Source: an uncultured Gemmatimonadales bacterium (lineage in GTDB: Bacteria > Gemmatimonadota > Gemmatimonadetes > Longimicrobiales > Gaopeijiaceae). Taken from it: a stretch of DNA of 64,000 nt. The stretch lies in contig CAWELD010000010.1 of assembly GCA_963809895.1 (NCBI GenBank), positions 768,001 to 832,000 of the forward strand, in the 5' to 3' direction. A model generated the notes under the pieces. The model saw only the letters and a program-made list of their open reading frames with translations. It did no database searches and was not told the origin of the DNA. The position numbers and the translations under genes are program-made. Positions within the stretch are counted from its first letter, which is position 1. The number at the start of each line of letters is the position of its first letter. Positions 38,885-48,463 of this stretch are shown one piece after another.

Positions 38885-39606
38885 CCGGGGACCTGGCGAT
38901 GGAGTGTTCGGGCCAGCGGATTCTCCAGGACCGGAGCGTCGCGCTCGAGCTGCGATACTCTCTCACCGAAGCCGTGTCCTGGGCCCGCGTAGTGAATGAA
39001 CCAGCTTCGAAACCGATTGCGGCTGCCGAAGATCGATGTGTGATTGAAGCGCGGCCCGAGGTCCACGAAGGGAATGGCCAGCCGCTGGAGGTCGTAGTTC
39101 AGGAGCGTCTGGTCGCTGAAGCGGGCATCGGGATCCTGAGCCCACCTGCCTAGGCGCTGGGTATCCGGTGTCATCAGCTCCCGGTGCTCGACTGACACGA
39201 CGTAGATCCCCGCGTTGAGGTAGCCGTCCATCCAACGCCAGCCGATCTCGCCCATGACCTCCTGCGCATGCCGCACGTCCGCGGCGAAATCGGTGCGCAC
39301 CCGGGACACGTCGGTACCGCCCACGTGATCTCTGGGCACGCGGGCGAAGATGTCGGGGGCGTCGGGAGCGATGAGGACATCGCCATCGACGTACAGGATG
39401 CGCTCGAAATCGTCGAAGAAATCCGCGAGTTGGTACTTCTCGAAGCAGACGTACTGACTTGGGTCACGGGCTTGCGTGATGCGCACGAACTCGGCGGACC
39501 AGCGCTCCGCATAGCGCCGCATGAGCGGATGGGTGACCTGAGTCATGGCGCGGAGCCCGTCACCGATGTCCAGGGTGACCAGGGCACGCCGTTCCCTCTC
39601 TGTCAC
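38851..39606 (-). CDS. Glycosyltransferase family 8-like
   Basis: GTG coupled to upstream stop; ILYVDGDVL (DxD), YLNAGI, SDQTLLN, FIHYAG. Confidence 0.8.
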   Translation of the reverse strand: MTERERRALVTLDIGDGLRAMTQVTHPLMRRYAERWSAEFVRITQARDPSQYVCFEKYQLADFFDDFERILYVDGDVLIAPDAPDIFARVPRDHVGGTDVSRVRTDFAADVRHAQEVMGEIGWRWMDGYLNAGIYVVSVEHRELMTPDTQRLGRWAQDPDARFSDQTLLNYDLQRLAIPFVDLGPRFNHTSIFGSRNRFRSWFIHYAGPGHGFGERVSQLERDAPVLENPLARTLHRQVPGYTWLRDRVVA

Positions 39607-40784
39607 GTGACGGATGCCTCGCGACGCGTGGGCTCCCAGATGGGGTTGCGATCGCCCCTCAGGGCCAGAATCGAGGCTCGGATCGCCGCGACGTTGCCCA
39701 TGAAGGCGAAGCCGGGCACTGACAGGAACCACGGGAGGTTGCGGTCACCGGCGAATGCCCAAACAGCCGCGCCCAGCGCGCTCCCGCCGACCAGGGCCGC
39801 GAGGAGGATCCCGGCCCAGGAGTGCTGAGGTGCGAGACTCGCCATCCCCACCATAGCCACCAGCCCTGCCCAGGGCAGCGCCCAGCGACACACCTTGTGA
39901 CTGAACAGCATCCAGGCGAAGAGGCCATGGCGGAAAGGGTTCAGCAGAGCGCGCTTGTGCAGGAGCGTCTCCATGCCCCGCGCCATGGTGCGCACCTTGC
40001 GCGGGAACTCCCGGCGGAGTGACGCGGTGCGGGGCACCACGCAGGTGGCGTCGGCGACCGACACCGCCCGGAAACCCCTCTCGCGCGTGTTGAGGGCAGC
40101 CGCGAAATCCCGGCTCAGCTCCGGAGGCAAGGGAATCCTGTGCAGCTCGCGACGGATAGCGTAGAAACAGCCCGAGGCTCCGACGATTCCCGACACCTTC
40201 GTCTCGAGGTCGCGCACCCACATCTCGTAGCCCACGTACCCGGCCTCGCCCTGATTCGCCTCCGCCCCTTCCCGACCCACGCTGACGTCTCGGCCCGAAG
40301 CCAATCCCACGGAGGGATCCCGAAAGGGGGCGATCAAGCGCTCGAGGGATCGAGGGTGAATGCGAATGGATGCATCGGTGTTGACGACGATGTCACCGGT
40401 CAGATGCTCGGCCGCCAGGTTCTCGGCGGCAGTCTTGCCGGCACGCTCCGGCTGACGGAGTAGCGTGATTCCCCGGTCCGCGTACCGCCGCACGATCTCG
40501 TCGGTGGCATCCGTCGACGCGTCCGACACGATGAGGATCTGCTTGCGATCCGCGGGATATTCCAGTGCCAGCAGGCTCTCCACCGTGTCCGCGATCTGGT
40601 GCTCTTCGTTGTACGCCGGGACGGTGATGCTGATGGCGGGCCAGTCTCGGTCGTCCGCCTCGTACCTGGGCGCGCGCTGTGTGGACCGCATGGCCGCGAG
40701 GGCCTTCAGCAGGAGGGGATACCCCACGTAGGTATAGACGCCCAGCGCCAGGGGGGCGACCACGGCTATCCATGCCAGGATCAC
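39603..40784 (-). CDS. Glycosyltransferase family 2, membrane-associated
   Basis: YTYVGYPLLL, VPAYNEE, VSDASTD, GASGCFYAIRR, SHKVCRW. Confidence 0.9.
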   Translation of the reverse strand: MILAWIAVVAPLALGVYTYVGYPLLLKALAAMRSTQRAPRYEADDRDWPAISITVPAYNEEHQIADTVESLLALEYPADRKQILIVSDASTDATDEIVRRYADRGITLLRQPERAGKTAAENLAAEHLTGDIVVNTDASIRIHPRSLERLIAPFRDPSVGLASGRDVSVGREGAEANQGEAGYVGYEMWVRDLETKVSGIVGASGCFYAIRRELHRIPLPPELSRDFAAALNTRERGFRAVSVADATCVVPRTASLRREFPRKVRTMARGMETLLHKRALLNPFRHGLFAWMLFSHKVCRWALPWAGLVAMVGMASLAPQHSWAGILLAALVGGSALGAAVWAFAGDRNLPWFLSVPGFAFMGNVAAIRASILALRGDRNPIWEPTRREASVT

Positions 40785-41929
40785 GGGCGCCCCCCACGGT
40801 GTCCGGCGGGCCCGGGAACCCGCGTAGGGGCCACGGATCGATACAGCTCGAGGTGCTGCCCGACCCACGCCTCGGGCTGATAGTCACGCTCGATGCGGCG
40901 GCGGGCGGCTGATACAGCCTCCGCCGGCGAGGCGAGAGTCGTGGCCAACGCTTCGGCAAGCGCGGCCGGGTCCTCCGGTGGCACGACGTTGGGTCCGTCT
41001 CCGAGAAGGTCCGGCACGCCCCCGACCGCAGACGCGACCACCGGCACTCCCGCCTCCGTGGCTTCGAGCACCACGATGGGTGTGCCCTCGGTCCGCGATG
41101 GAAGCGCGAGCACGTCGAACGCGGTCATGAGCCTCGCGGCGTCCTCGACACGACCGAGCCACCGGATGCGCGCGTCGACACCCAGGTCGTGGGCCAATGC
41201 CTCCAGATCCTGCCGGGACCGGCCCTCTCCCACCATGCAGAGGTGGGCGTCGGCGAGAGCCGGTGTCGCCAGGGCCCGGACGAGGACATCGCCCCCCTTC
41301 TCCGGGCTGAGGCGCCCGACCCAACCGATGATCGGACCGGGCGCTTCGGTCAGACCGAGCAAGGCCCGCGCATCCGCGCGTGTCGAGGTTGGCGCCGTGG
41401 GACGCCAGGCATTGCGGATGACGTGCACCCGCTCCGCGGGCACGCCGGCTCGCACCAATCCCTCCACCTGCAGCCGGGACACGGCGATCACCGCATCGAA
41501 CGCCCGAAAGGCCCGACGCTGGAGCCACTCGTAGAAGCGGTTGCGAAGCCCGTTGCCCGTGAAACCGTGCACGGTGCTCACGGTGGCGATCCCCCGATTC
41601 CGCGCTACGGGTGCATCGATTACGTCGGGGCGGTAGCCGTGGGTATGGAGGATGTTCGCCCGCAACTCATCGAGGAGGCTGGCGACGCCGTCACGTTCCT
41701 GGCGGTAGCCTCGGCCCGCGATGCGAAGCACCCGCACGTCGGTGCCATCGGTGCGCAGGGCCTTCACGAACGGATGGTCCTGCGTAGCGGCATCGAGCAC
41801 GGCTGCGACGTGGACGCGGGCGCCCGCATCCGATTGCCCCTCGGCCAGGGCGCGCACGACGGTTTCGAGTCCACCCGTGGCCGCCGGCGCCAGCAGGTGG
41901 ACGACGGTGAGCTCGGACGGATCGGTCAT
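40781..41929 (-). CDS. Glycosyltransferase family 4
   Basis: GGLETVV, LHTHGYR, VGRLSPEKG, EGTPIVVLEA. Confidence 0.9.
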   Translation of the reverse strand: MTDPSELTVVHLLAPAATGGLETVVRALAEGQSDAGARVHVAAVLDAATQDHPFVKALRTDGTDVRVLRIAGRGYRQERDGVASLLDELRANILHTHGYRPDVIDAPVARNRGIATVSTVHGFTGNGLRNRFYEWLQRRAFRAFDAVIAVSRLQVEGLVRAGVPAERVHVIRNAWRPTAPTSTRADARALLGLTEAPGPIIGWVGRLSPEKGGDVLVRALATPALADAHLCMVGEGRSRQDLEALAHDLGVDARIRWLGRVEDAARLMTAFDVLALPSRTEGTPIVVLEATEAGVPVVASAVGGVPDLLGDGPNVVPPEDPAALAEALATTLASPAEAVSAARRRIERDYQPEAWVGQHLELYRSVAPTRVPGPAGHRGGRP

Positions 41930-43656
41930 CCAGCCAGCGCGGGACTCTCGACCTGGCGCAGCTTGCCGTCCCGCATGAGGTACACGATGTCGGCGACTTC
42001 TCGGAGGGCCGGCTGGTGCGAAATGGACAGCACGGTGACGTCGCCACTCAACTCCTTGAGTGTCTTGCAGATCGCCTGCTCCGTTGCAGGATCCAGGGCG
42101 GTGGTGACCTCGTCCAGTATCAAGAGGGAGGGCCGAGTCACCAGGGCGCGGGCGATGGCGATCCGCTGTCGTTGACCCCCGGAGAGCATGCCGCCGCGCT
42201 CCCCGATGTGGTGGTCCATCCCCCCTTCCTTTTCCTTCACGAAATCCCAGGCGCCGGCCATCCGAAGAGCCCTTTCGGCGTCCTCGCGGCTGAGATTCTC
42301 GTCACCGAGCGTGACGTTGCGCAGAATGGTGTCGTTGAACAGGAGCATCTCCTGCGGTACGTAGCCGATCGTGTGTCGCCATCCCCTGAGCTCGAGCTCG
42401 TCCATGGGGGTGCCATCGATGAGAATGCGACCTCCGTCCGGCACATAGAGGCCGGCTACGAGATCCGCCAGCGTGGTCTTGCCCGACCCCGACTCCCCTG
42501 CGATGGCGACGAACGAACCGGCGGGAATCTCGAGATCGACGCCGTCCAGCACCGGATGCTCGTCGTAGGCGAAGCGCACGCCCTGGAAGACGATTCCCTG
42601 TCGCAGTGCTCCGGGATCCCGCCCGCCGGTGTCGACCTCCTTCTCGCGTGCGGCTTCGTCCAACTCGTCACGGAGAGACCAGAAGGCGCTCTCTCCGTGC
42701 CGCACCGTCTGATAGCGGAGTTGGAGCGTGTTCACGTTGGTCATGAGGCGATAGAAGACGAAAGCCAGCACCAGAACCGCAGAGAGGGGCTGCTCCTGCA
42801 CGCCGATGAGGAGGTAGAGGCCCCCGGCCAGCATGGCGGTGAGGGCGGGTTCCTGGAACGAGCGCATCGTCTCGGAGGCCCGCACCATCTGCCGCTGCGC
42901 CTGATTGAGGCCCTCCGTCTCACGTTCGAGGAGGGGCCATACGAGGTCCTGGCGAGCCATGGCCTTGAGCGGCTTGATCCCCTGGAGCACGTCCACGAGG
43001 CGTGACGCCAGGCTCTTGGTCAGGTTCGTTTGTGTCGTGCCGGCCGCGTGGGTGTCCCGGAAGAAGCGCCGGAAAAGGAACGTCAGCACGATACCGGCGG
43101 CGACTGCGGCAAGCGTGATCTGCCAGGAGATCATGGCGGAGATGGCCAGGTACGCCGACACCTGGAGCAAGGCCGCGAGCACCTGACACGCCTCGCGGTA
43201 GGCGGCGGAGGCGCGAATGGCCTCGGAGGTGATCGCGTTGGCGAACTGGCCCGTCGATCTCGATCCGAAATACCTCCACCGCACGTCGAGAAGGCTGCGC
43301 ATGAGCTCCAGCCGGAGGTCACGGGTCACCTGGGCGATCGTGTATCCGACCTGGCGCAGAGCGATCCAGAGAGTCCCCGCCTTGAGGCTCATGGCGACGA
43401 CGATGGCCAGCAGAAGCACACCCAGCGTCGGTTCCAGTCCGATCGCGCGAATGCCGTCGACCACCAGACGACCCACCCTCGAGTCGGCGGTGCCCGTGCC
43501 CTCCGCGACCTGCAGTACGGGAATGAGGGCGAGCACGCCGATTCCCTCTGCCAGCCCGGCCACCACCATCAGCCCGATCATCAGGATCGAGCGGGAGGGA
43601 TATGCCGCCAGGAAATAGCGGAAGAAGTCTCGTGTCCGGTGTTCGGTCTCGGGCAC
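41926..43656 (-). CDS. ABC transporter fused permease/ATPase (MsbA/PglK-like glycan flippase)
   Basis: N-terminal TM domain; GESGSGKT, LSGGQRQRIAIARAL, ILDEVTTALD. Confidence 0.9.
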   Translation of the reverse strand: MPETEHRTRDFFRYFLAAYPSRSILMIGLMVVAGLAEGIGVLALIPVLQVAEGTGTADSRVGRLVVDGIRAIGLEPTLGVLLLAIVVAMSLKAGTLWIALRQVGYTIAQVTRDLRLELMRSLLDVRWRYFGSRSTGQFANAITSEAIRASAAYREACQVLAALLQVSAYLAISAMISWQITLAAVAAGIVLTFLFRRFFRDTHAAGTTQTNLTKSLASRLVDVLQGIKPLKAMARQDLVWPLLERETEGLNQAQRQMVRASETMRSFQEPALTAMLAGGLYLLIGVQEQPLSAVLVLAFVFYRLMTNVNTLQLRYQTVRHGESAFWSLRDELDEAAREKEVDTGGRDPGALRQGIVFQGVRFAYDEHPVLDGVDLEIPAGSFVAIAGESGSGKTTLADLVAGLYVPDGGRILIDGTPMDELELRGWRHTIGYVPQEMLLFNDTILRNVTLGDENLSREDAERALRMAGAWDFVKEKEGGMDHHIGERGGMLSGGQRQRIAIARALVTRPSLLILDEVTTALDPATEQAICKTLKELSGDVTVLSISHQPALREVADIVYLMRDGKLRQVESPALAG

Positions 43657-43700
43657 GTGGAATCCGGGTTCGAGTCACGGGGTCATCCGCACTCCTCGGG

Positions 43701-43715
43701 GCAAATGTCGTTCCA
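43701..43715 (-). promoter_or_regulatory. Sigma-54 promoter for the ABC flippase/glycosyltransferase operon
   Basis: Minus strand TGGAACGACATTTGC. Confidence 0.7.
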
Positions 43716-43823
43716 CAACCCAGTGCGGACAACAATTGCGACCCGTGGCGGCGTAGCGCCCCCTCGGTCCGCGACGTTAGCGTAGGGGCGCGGACGGCCT
43801 GACGGCTGGGGCGATTGACGGAG

Positions 43824-43841
43824 TGTGGCGCTTGCGCCACA
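43824..43841. promoter_or_regulatory. Perfect palindromic enhancer candidate
   Basis: TGTGGCGC-TT-GCGCCACA between two divergent sigma-54 promoters. Confidence 0.65.
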
Positions 43842-43916
43842 GTGTCCAACGGGCCGTGCGTCCAGAGGACCTCCACGGAGGGTGTGAATTCCGCGGAATC
43901 GGCGGTGGGCACACTA

Positions 43917-43932
43917 CGGTACGAAGCGTGCA
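43917..43932 (+). promoter_or_regulatory. Sigma-54 promoter for the ligase/glycosyltransferase operon
   Basis: CGGTACGAAGCGTGCA (GG-N10-GC). Confidence 0.6.
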
Positions 43933-43979
43933 AGAGCAGAGATGGATCGACACCATTGTTCCCCCGCGAATCGGCCGAG

Positions 43980-45452
43980 ATGAGCGACACGGCGACCCCC
44001 TCTTCACTTCCCGCCCCCGTCCGGCGCCCATCGCCGGCCAGGAGGCGTGGACGTAAGCCCAGGTCGAGTAGAGGACCTCGGTCGTTCAACGAACGCATGA
44101 TGGGGCTGGAGCCGAAGGCCATCTGGCGCGGCTTCTGGGGTGAGCCCCTCTCCTTCTGGTTCCTGAACGCCTACTTCATGGTGGAGTACGTGCGCCCGCA
44201 GCAGGTCTGGCGGGCCATCGACATCTTCCCGTGGGGTGAGAGCACGCTGCTGCTCACGACCATCGCCTACCTTCTGGAAGGCGTCCGGACCCGCAAGCTG
44301 AATCTCGTCGACGGACTCCTCATCACGTTCACCGGCGTGCTGCTCCTTTCATCTCTGGGCGCGTACCAGCCGTCGGCGTCGTTCAAGTACTTCAGCCTGT
44401 TCTTCAACTGGCTTCTCCTGTTCTTCCTCGTCACGCACATCGTGACGACGCCGCGGCGACTCCTGTTGTTCTGGGGCACCTTCATGCTGTGGAGCCTGAA
44501 GATGTCACAGTTCGGGACCCGCACCTTCATCGCTCGTGGAGGAGCGTTCGCCAGTTGGGGAGCGACTGGGGCTCCCGGATGGTTTCAGAATTCCGGAGAG
44601 TTCGCCATCCAGATGTGCATCTTCCTTCCCATGTCGCTCCACCTGGCATTCGGACTCAAGGACAAGCTGCCCAGGTGGAGGTTCTACGGTCTGTTGGCCC
44701 TCCTTCCCGGTACGGCCTTCATCAGTCTGATCGCCTCATCGTCTCGTGGGGGGCAGCTCGGCGCGGTGGCCGTCATCCTCTTCATCATCGCGCAGAGCAA
44801 GCACCGGGTGCGTGGGCTGGCCTCGGCCGCACTCGTGATGGGCTTGCTGTGGGTGATCATGCCTCCGCAGCAGAAGGAGCGATTCCAGGAGATGGGCGAG
44901 GACAAGAACTCCGTGGCACGCCTCACCTACTGGAAGGACGGCATCAAGATCATGAACGAGTACCCGACCCTCGGAATCGGGTACAAGAACTGGCTGCCGT
45001 ACTATCATCGATTCTACAATCCCACCGGTGAGTTGCCCCACAACATCTTCGTCGAGGCGGGATCGGAATTGGGGTACACGGGATTGCTGGCGTTCATCGC
45101 GCTGATACTCGCCACTTTCGTGGTCAACCGAAGAACGCGGAAACTGGCGCGAGGCGTGCCTGAATGGGGCACGTTCCTGCGAAGCGCGGCGTTCGGCCTC
45201 GATGCCGCGCTCGTTGGGTTCATGGCGACGGGGTTCTTCGTCACCGTCCTCTACTACCCCTTCTTCTGGGTGAACCTGGCATTTACGGCGGCCACGTTCG
45301 AGACGACTCGTCGACTGGCGAGTCGAGCCCGCGTGCAGCGGCAGAAAGAGCGCCGGAGGGCGGTGATCAGGACCCAGCGGCCGAGAGTGGAGGTTCCGGC
45401 GGCCGAGGTTGCTCGCCTGGGCGATGGAGGCATTGGTTGGGCCGCCCCCTGA
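43980..45452 (+). CDS. O-antigen ligase / Wzy_C-family membrane protein
   Basis: Many TM segments; EYVRPQ, SSSRGG, RLTYWKDG, PTLGIGY, PHNIFVEAGSELGYTG. Confidence 0.88.
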   Translation: MSDTATPSSLPAPVRRPSPARRRGRKPRSSRGPRSFNERMMGLEPKAIWRGFWGEPLSFWFLNAYFMVEYVRPQQVWRAIDIFPWGESTLLLTTIAYLLEGVRTRKLNLVDGLLITFTGVLLLSSLGAYQPSASFKYFSLFFNWLLLFFLVTHIVTTPRRLLLFWGTFMLWSLKMSQFGTRTFIARGGAFASWGATGAPGWFQNSGEFAIQMCIFLPMSLHLAFGLKDKLPRWRFYGLLALLPGTAFISLIASSSRGGQLGAVAVILFIIAQSKHRVRGLASAALVMGLLWVIMPPQQKERFQEMGEDKNSVARLTYWKDGIKIMNEYPTLGIGYKNWLPYYHRFYNPTGELPHNIFVEAGSELGYTGLLAFIALILATFVVNRRTRKLARGVPEWGTFLRSAAFGLDAALVGFMATGFFVTVLYYPFFWVNLAFTAATFETTRRLASRARVQRQKERRRAVIRTQRPRVEVPAAEVARLGDGGIGWAAP

Positions 45453-46573
45453 CCGTTCTCCATCTCATCGACACCGGCGGGCCTGGCGGCGCCGAGACGA
45501 TCTTCCTGAGCCTGGTGTCTGGCCTCGATCGAGAGCGCTGGCGGTCCGTTCCGGTGGTGCCGGTTCGGGATTGGCTCCACGACGCCCTGGCGGCGCGAGA
45601 CGAGGCGCCGCTGGTGCTGGAGAGTGCCGGACGGGGAAACCTCGCGTATCTCGCGCGACTGCATCGGCTTCTGTCGGCGTACCGGGTCGATCTCATCCAC
45701 GCACACCTGCTCGGGTCTGCGGTCTACGCTTCGATCGCTGCCAGCCTGCGGGGGATCCCTGTGGTATGCACGTTCCACGGGACACCGGATATCCCGTCGC
45801 GAGGTCGTCTTCTCTCGGTGAAGCTCCGGGTGGTCTGGCGGGCGTCGAACAGGGTGGTGTTCGTCTCGCGCGGCCTGCGCGACTCCATCCTCGAGCAACA
45901 CGGCCTCCCTGTCGGCAACACCCGGGTCATCCACAACGGCATCGATCCCTCGCCGCCCCAGGTGGTCGGAACGGAGCGTGGCGAGTTGGGCGTGGGTGAG
46001 CACGAGCTGCTGGTGGGAGCCGTCGGCAATATTCGTCCCGCAAAGGACTACGCGACGCTTCTTCGTGCGTCTGCGCTCCTGCGTGATGCGGGACTTCCCC
46101 TGCGAGTCGTGGTACTGGGCCAGGGGGCCAGAGGTCTGGAAGACGAGCTACTGAGGCTTCGAAGCGCGTTGAATCTCGACGAGGTGGTTTCCTTCATGGG
46201 CTTCCGTGACGATGCGCGGCGGCTGATGGCGGCGTTCGACGTCTTCGTCACGAGCTCGAGCAGTGAGGGATTCTCGCTGTCCACGGTGGAGGCGCTCTGG
46301 ATGGGCCTTCCGGTGGTGGCGACCCGGAGCGGCGGTCCGGAAGAGATCGTCCGCGACGAGTCCACGGGGTTGCTCGTGCCCATCGCCGATCCCGTGGCTT
46401 TGGCGAACGCTCTGGGACGGGTGCTCCGCAACCGCGAGTGGGCCCGGTCACTTGGCGCTCGGGGTCGCGATGACGTTCGGGAGCGCTTCGCCAGGGATCA
46501 CATGGTTGCGCAGTACCAAGCGGTGTACGAGGAAGTCCTCGCTACCGTTGGCCGCCCTGCGAGGGGCGAATGA
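45437..46573 (+). CDS. Glycosyltransferase family 4
   Basis: TTG start after GGAGG; GGPGGAE, VGNIRPAKDY, EGFSLSTVEA. Confidence 0.9.
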   Translation: MGRPLTVLHLIDTGGPGGAETIFLSLVSGLDRERWRSVPVVPVRDWLHDALAARDEAPLVLESAGRGNLAYLARLHRLLSAYRVDLIHAHLLGSAVYASIAASLRGIPVVCTFHGTPDIPSRGRLLSVKLRVVWRASNRVVFVSRGLRDSILEQHGLPVGNTRVIHNGIDPSPPQVVGTERGELGVGEHELLVGAVGNIRPAKDYATLLRASALLRDAGLPLRVVVLGQGARGLEDELLRLRSALNLDEVVSFMGFRDDARRLMAAFDVFVTSSSSEGFSLSTVEALWMGLPVVATRSGGPEEIVRDESTGLLVPIADPVALANALGRVLRNREWARSLGARGRDDVRERFARDHMVAQYQAVYEEVLATVGRPARGE

Positions 46574-47496
46574 TGGGTGATCCCCCGCCCCTCGTGAGCG
46601 CGGTGATTGCAACGCACAACCGACGCCACTACGTCGTGGACGCCGTGGAGAGTGCGCTGAATCAAGAGTATCCGACGCTCGAGGTTCTGGTGGTCGACGA
46701 CGGGAGCACCGATGGCACGGCCCAGATGCTTCGAGAGCGCTTCGGCGACCGGATTCGCGTGATCGAGCAAGAAAACGGCGGCGTCGGCACGGCGCGCAAT
46801 CGAGGGGCCGCGGAGGCGCGAGGCGACTTCGTGGCCTTCCTCGACGACGACGACGTGTGGCTTGCGGACAAGACGCGTCTCCAGGTGGACTGCTTCCTCG
46901 ACCACGGCGAGCACACGGTGCTCGTTGGAGGGGGCGCTACCCTCACCGACGACGGATTGGAGCCCCAGGGCCCGCCCACGCTCGGTGACGAGGTGGTGAG
47001 CTACGAGCAGCTTTGCGTCTGGACCGCGCTGCCGGGCAGCGGATCGAACTGCATGGTTCGAAAGAGCGCGTTCGATCGGGCCGGGGGGTTCGACCCCTCC
47101 CTCGTACGCGCTCAGGACCGAGAACTCTGGATCCGTCTGGCGCGCATCGGCACCGTTCGCACGGTGCGCGTGGAAACCGCACGCATCCGGCTGCACGAGA
47201 CTCCACGGAAGGGTGTAGACTTCAAGCGCATCCTGGAGGCACGCCGAAAGGTCAACGCCCGGATCCCAGAGCGTCATCTGAGGCGAAAGGCCGACGCGAT
47301 GATGTTCAACTCCCTGGCGCATCGGAGCCGCGCGCGCGGTCACCGGATGCGCGGTTGGTGGTATCTCTTTCGGTCCTTCGCCACCCATCCCGGGTCACTC
47401 GACCGGCGGGTGCTGAGGGCGCGCCGGGTGGTCGAGTGGCTGCTTCCCCGGCCCGTGCTGGGTATTCTGGGCGCCATCAAGCGACGGATCGGATGA
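46570..47496 (+). CDS. Glycosyltransferase family 2 (paralog 1)
   Basis: VVDDGSTDGT, ARNRG, VAFLDDDDVW, QDRELWIR. Confidence 0.9.
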   Translation: MMGDPPPLVSAVIATHNRRHYVVDAVESALNQEYPTLEVLVVDDGSTDGTAQMLRERFGDRIRVIEQENGGVGTARNRGAAEARGDFVAFLDDDDVWLADKTRLQVDCFLDHGEHTVLVGGGATLTDDGLEPQGPPTLGDEVVSYEQLCVWTALPGSGSNCMVRKSAFDRAGGFDPSLVRAQDRELWIRLARIGTVRTVRVETARIRLHETPRKGVDFKRILEARRKVNARIPERHLRRKADAMMFNSLAHRSRARGHRMRGWWYLFRSFATHPGSLDRRVLRARRVVEWLLPRPVLGILGAIKRRIG

Positions 47497-48449
47497 TGGT
47501 GGGTCGGGATCTGCGCGAGCGGCAGAGGCCCTTGGTAAGCGCCATCATCACTTCGTTCCAGCGCCGTGAGTACGTGTGTGACGCAGTGGACAGCGCGCTC
47601 GAGCAGGACTATCGACCGCTCGAGGTCCTGGTCGTCGACGACGGGAGCACCGATGGCACGGTCGAGTTGCTCCGGGATCGCTATGGGGATGGCATACGGC
47701 TGCTGACACAGCCGAACCGGGGAGTCTCGGCGGCCCGCAATGCGGGTGTGGAAGCCGCGAAGGGAGAATTCGTCGCGTTCCTGGACGACGACGACGTGTG
47801 GCTCCCCCACAAGACCCGCCTCCAGATGGCAGTCTTCCAGGCTCACCCGGATACGGTGGTCGTGGGCGGTGGGGTCCAGTATATCGATGCTCGTGGGGAG
47901 CCCGTGCTTCGACCGGCGATGGGTTCCCCGGTGGTCGGCTATGAGACGCTGTGTGTGCGCACGGCTCTTCCCGGAACCTGTTCCAACGAGCTCGTCCGGC
48001 GGAGCGCGTTTCTCGAGATCGGTGGGTTCGACGAGTCTCTTCCCAGAGCCGAAGATCGGGATCTCTGGATCCGCATGGCTCGGGTCGGCATGATACGGAC
48101 CGTTCAGGAGCCGACCGTCAGCAAGAGGGTGCACGGAGGCCCCCGTGTCTCGATTCCGCTCCTTGCCGACGCCAGGAAACGTGTGAGCGACAAGATTCCC
48201 GAGCCTGAGCTGCGGCGAAGAGCCGAGGCTATGACCGACTTCTTCCTGTGGGGCGAGGCGCGGCGAGTGCGCCGGCTCGGGCTTGCCACCGTCTACCTGC
48301 TCCGGTCCCTGATCCGCCACCCGCGGGAGATCGACCCGAGTGTACGCCGAGTGCGAAAGGTCGTGGAGACGATACTCCCGTCCCGGCTCGTCGAGGTGCT
48401 CGGTGCCGTCAAGCGCCGGTCACGAACTCACAGGTCGAATGGGATATGA
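47493..48449 (+). CDS. Glycosyltransferase family 2 (paralog 2)
   Basis: ATGA overlap; same motifs as paralog 1, EDRDLWIR. Confidence 0.9.
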   Translation: MMVGRDLRERQRPLVSAIITSFQRREYVCDAVDSALEQDYRPLEVLVVDDGSTDGTVELLRDRYGDGIRLLTQPNRGVSAARNAGVEAAKGEFVAFLDDDDVWLPHKTRLQMAVFQAHPDTVVVGGGVQYIDARGEPVLRPAMGSPVVGYETLCVRTALPGTCSNELVRRSAFLEIGGFDESLPRAEDRDLWIRMARVGMIRTVQEPTVSKRVHGGPRVSIPLLADARKRVSDKIPEPELRRRAEAMTDFFLWGEARRVRRLGLATVYLLRSLIRHPREIDPSVRRVRKVVETILPSRLVEVLGAVKRRSRTHRSNGI

Positions 48450-48463
48450 GCCGCGAGCGATAG

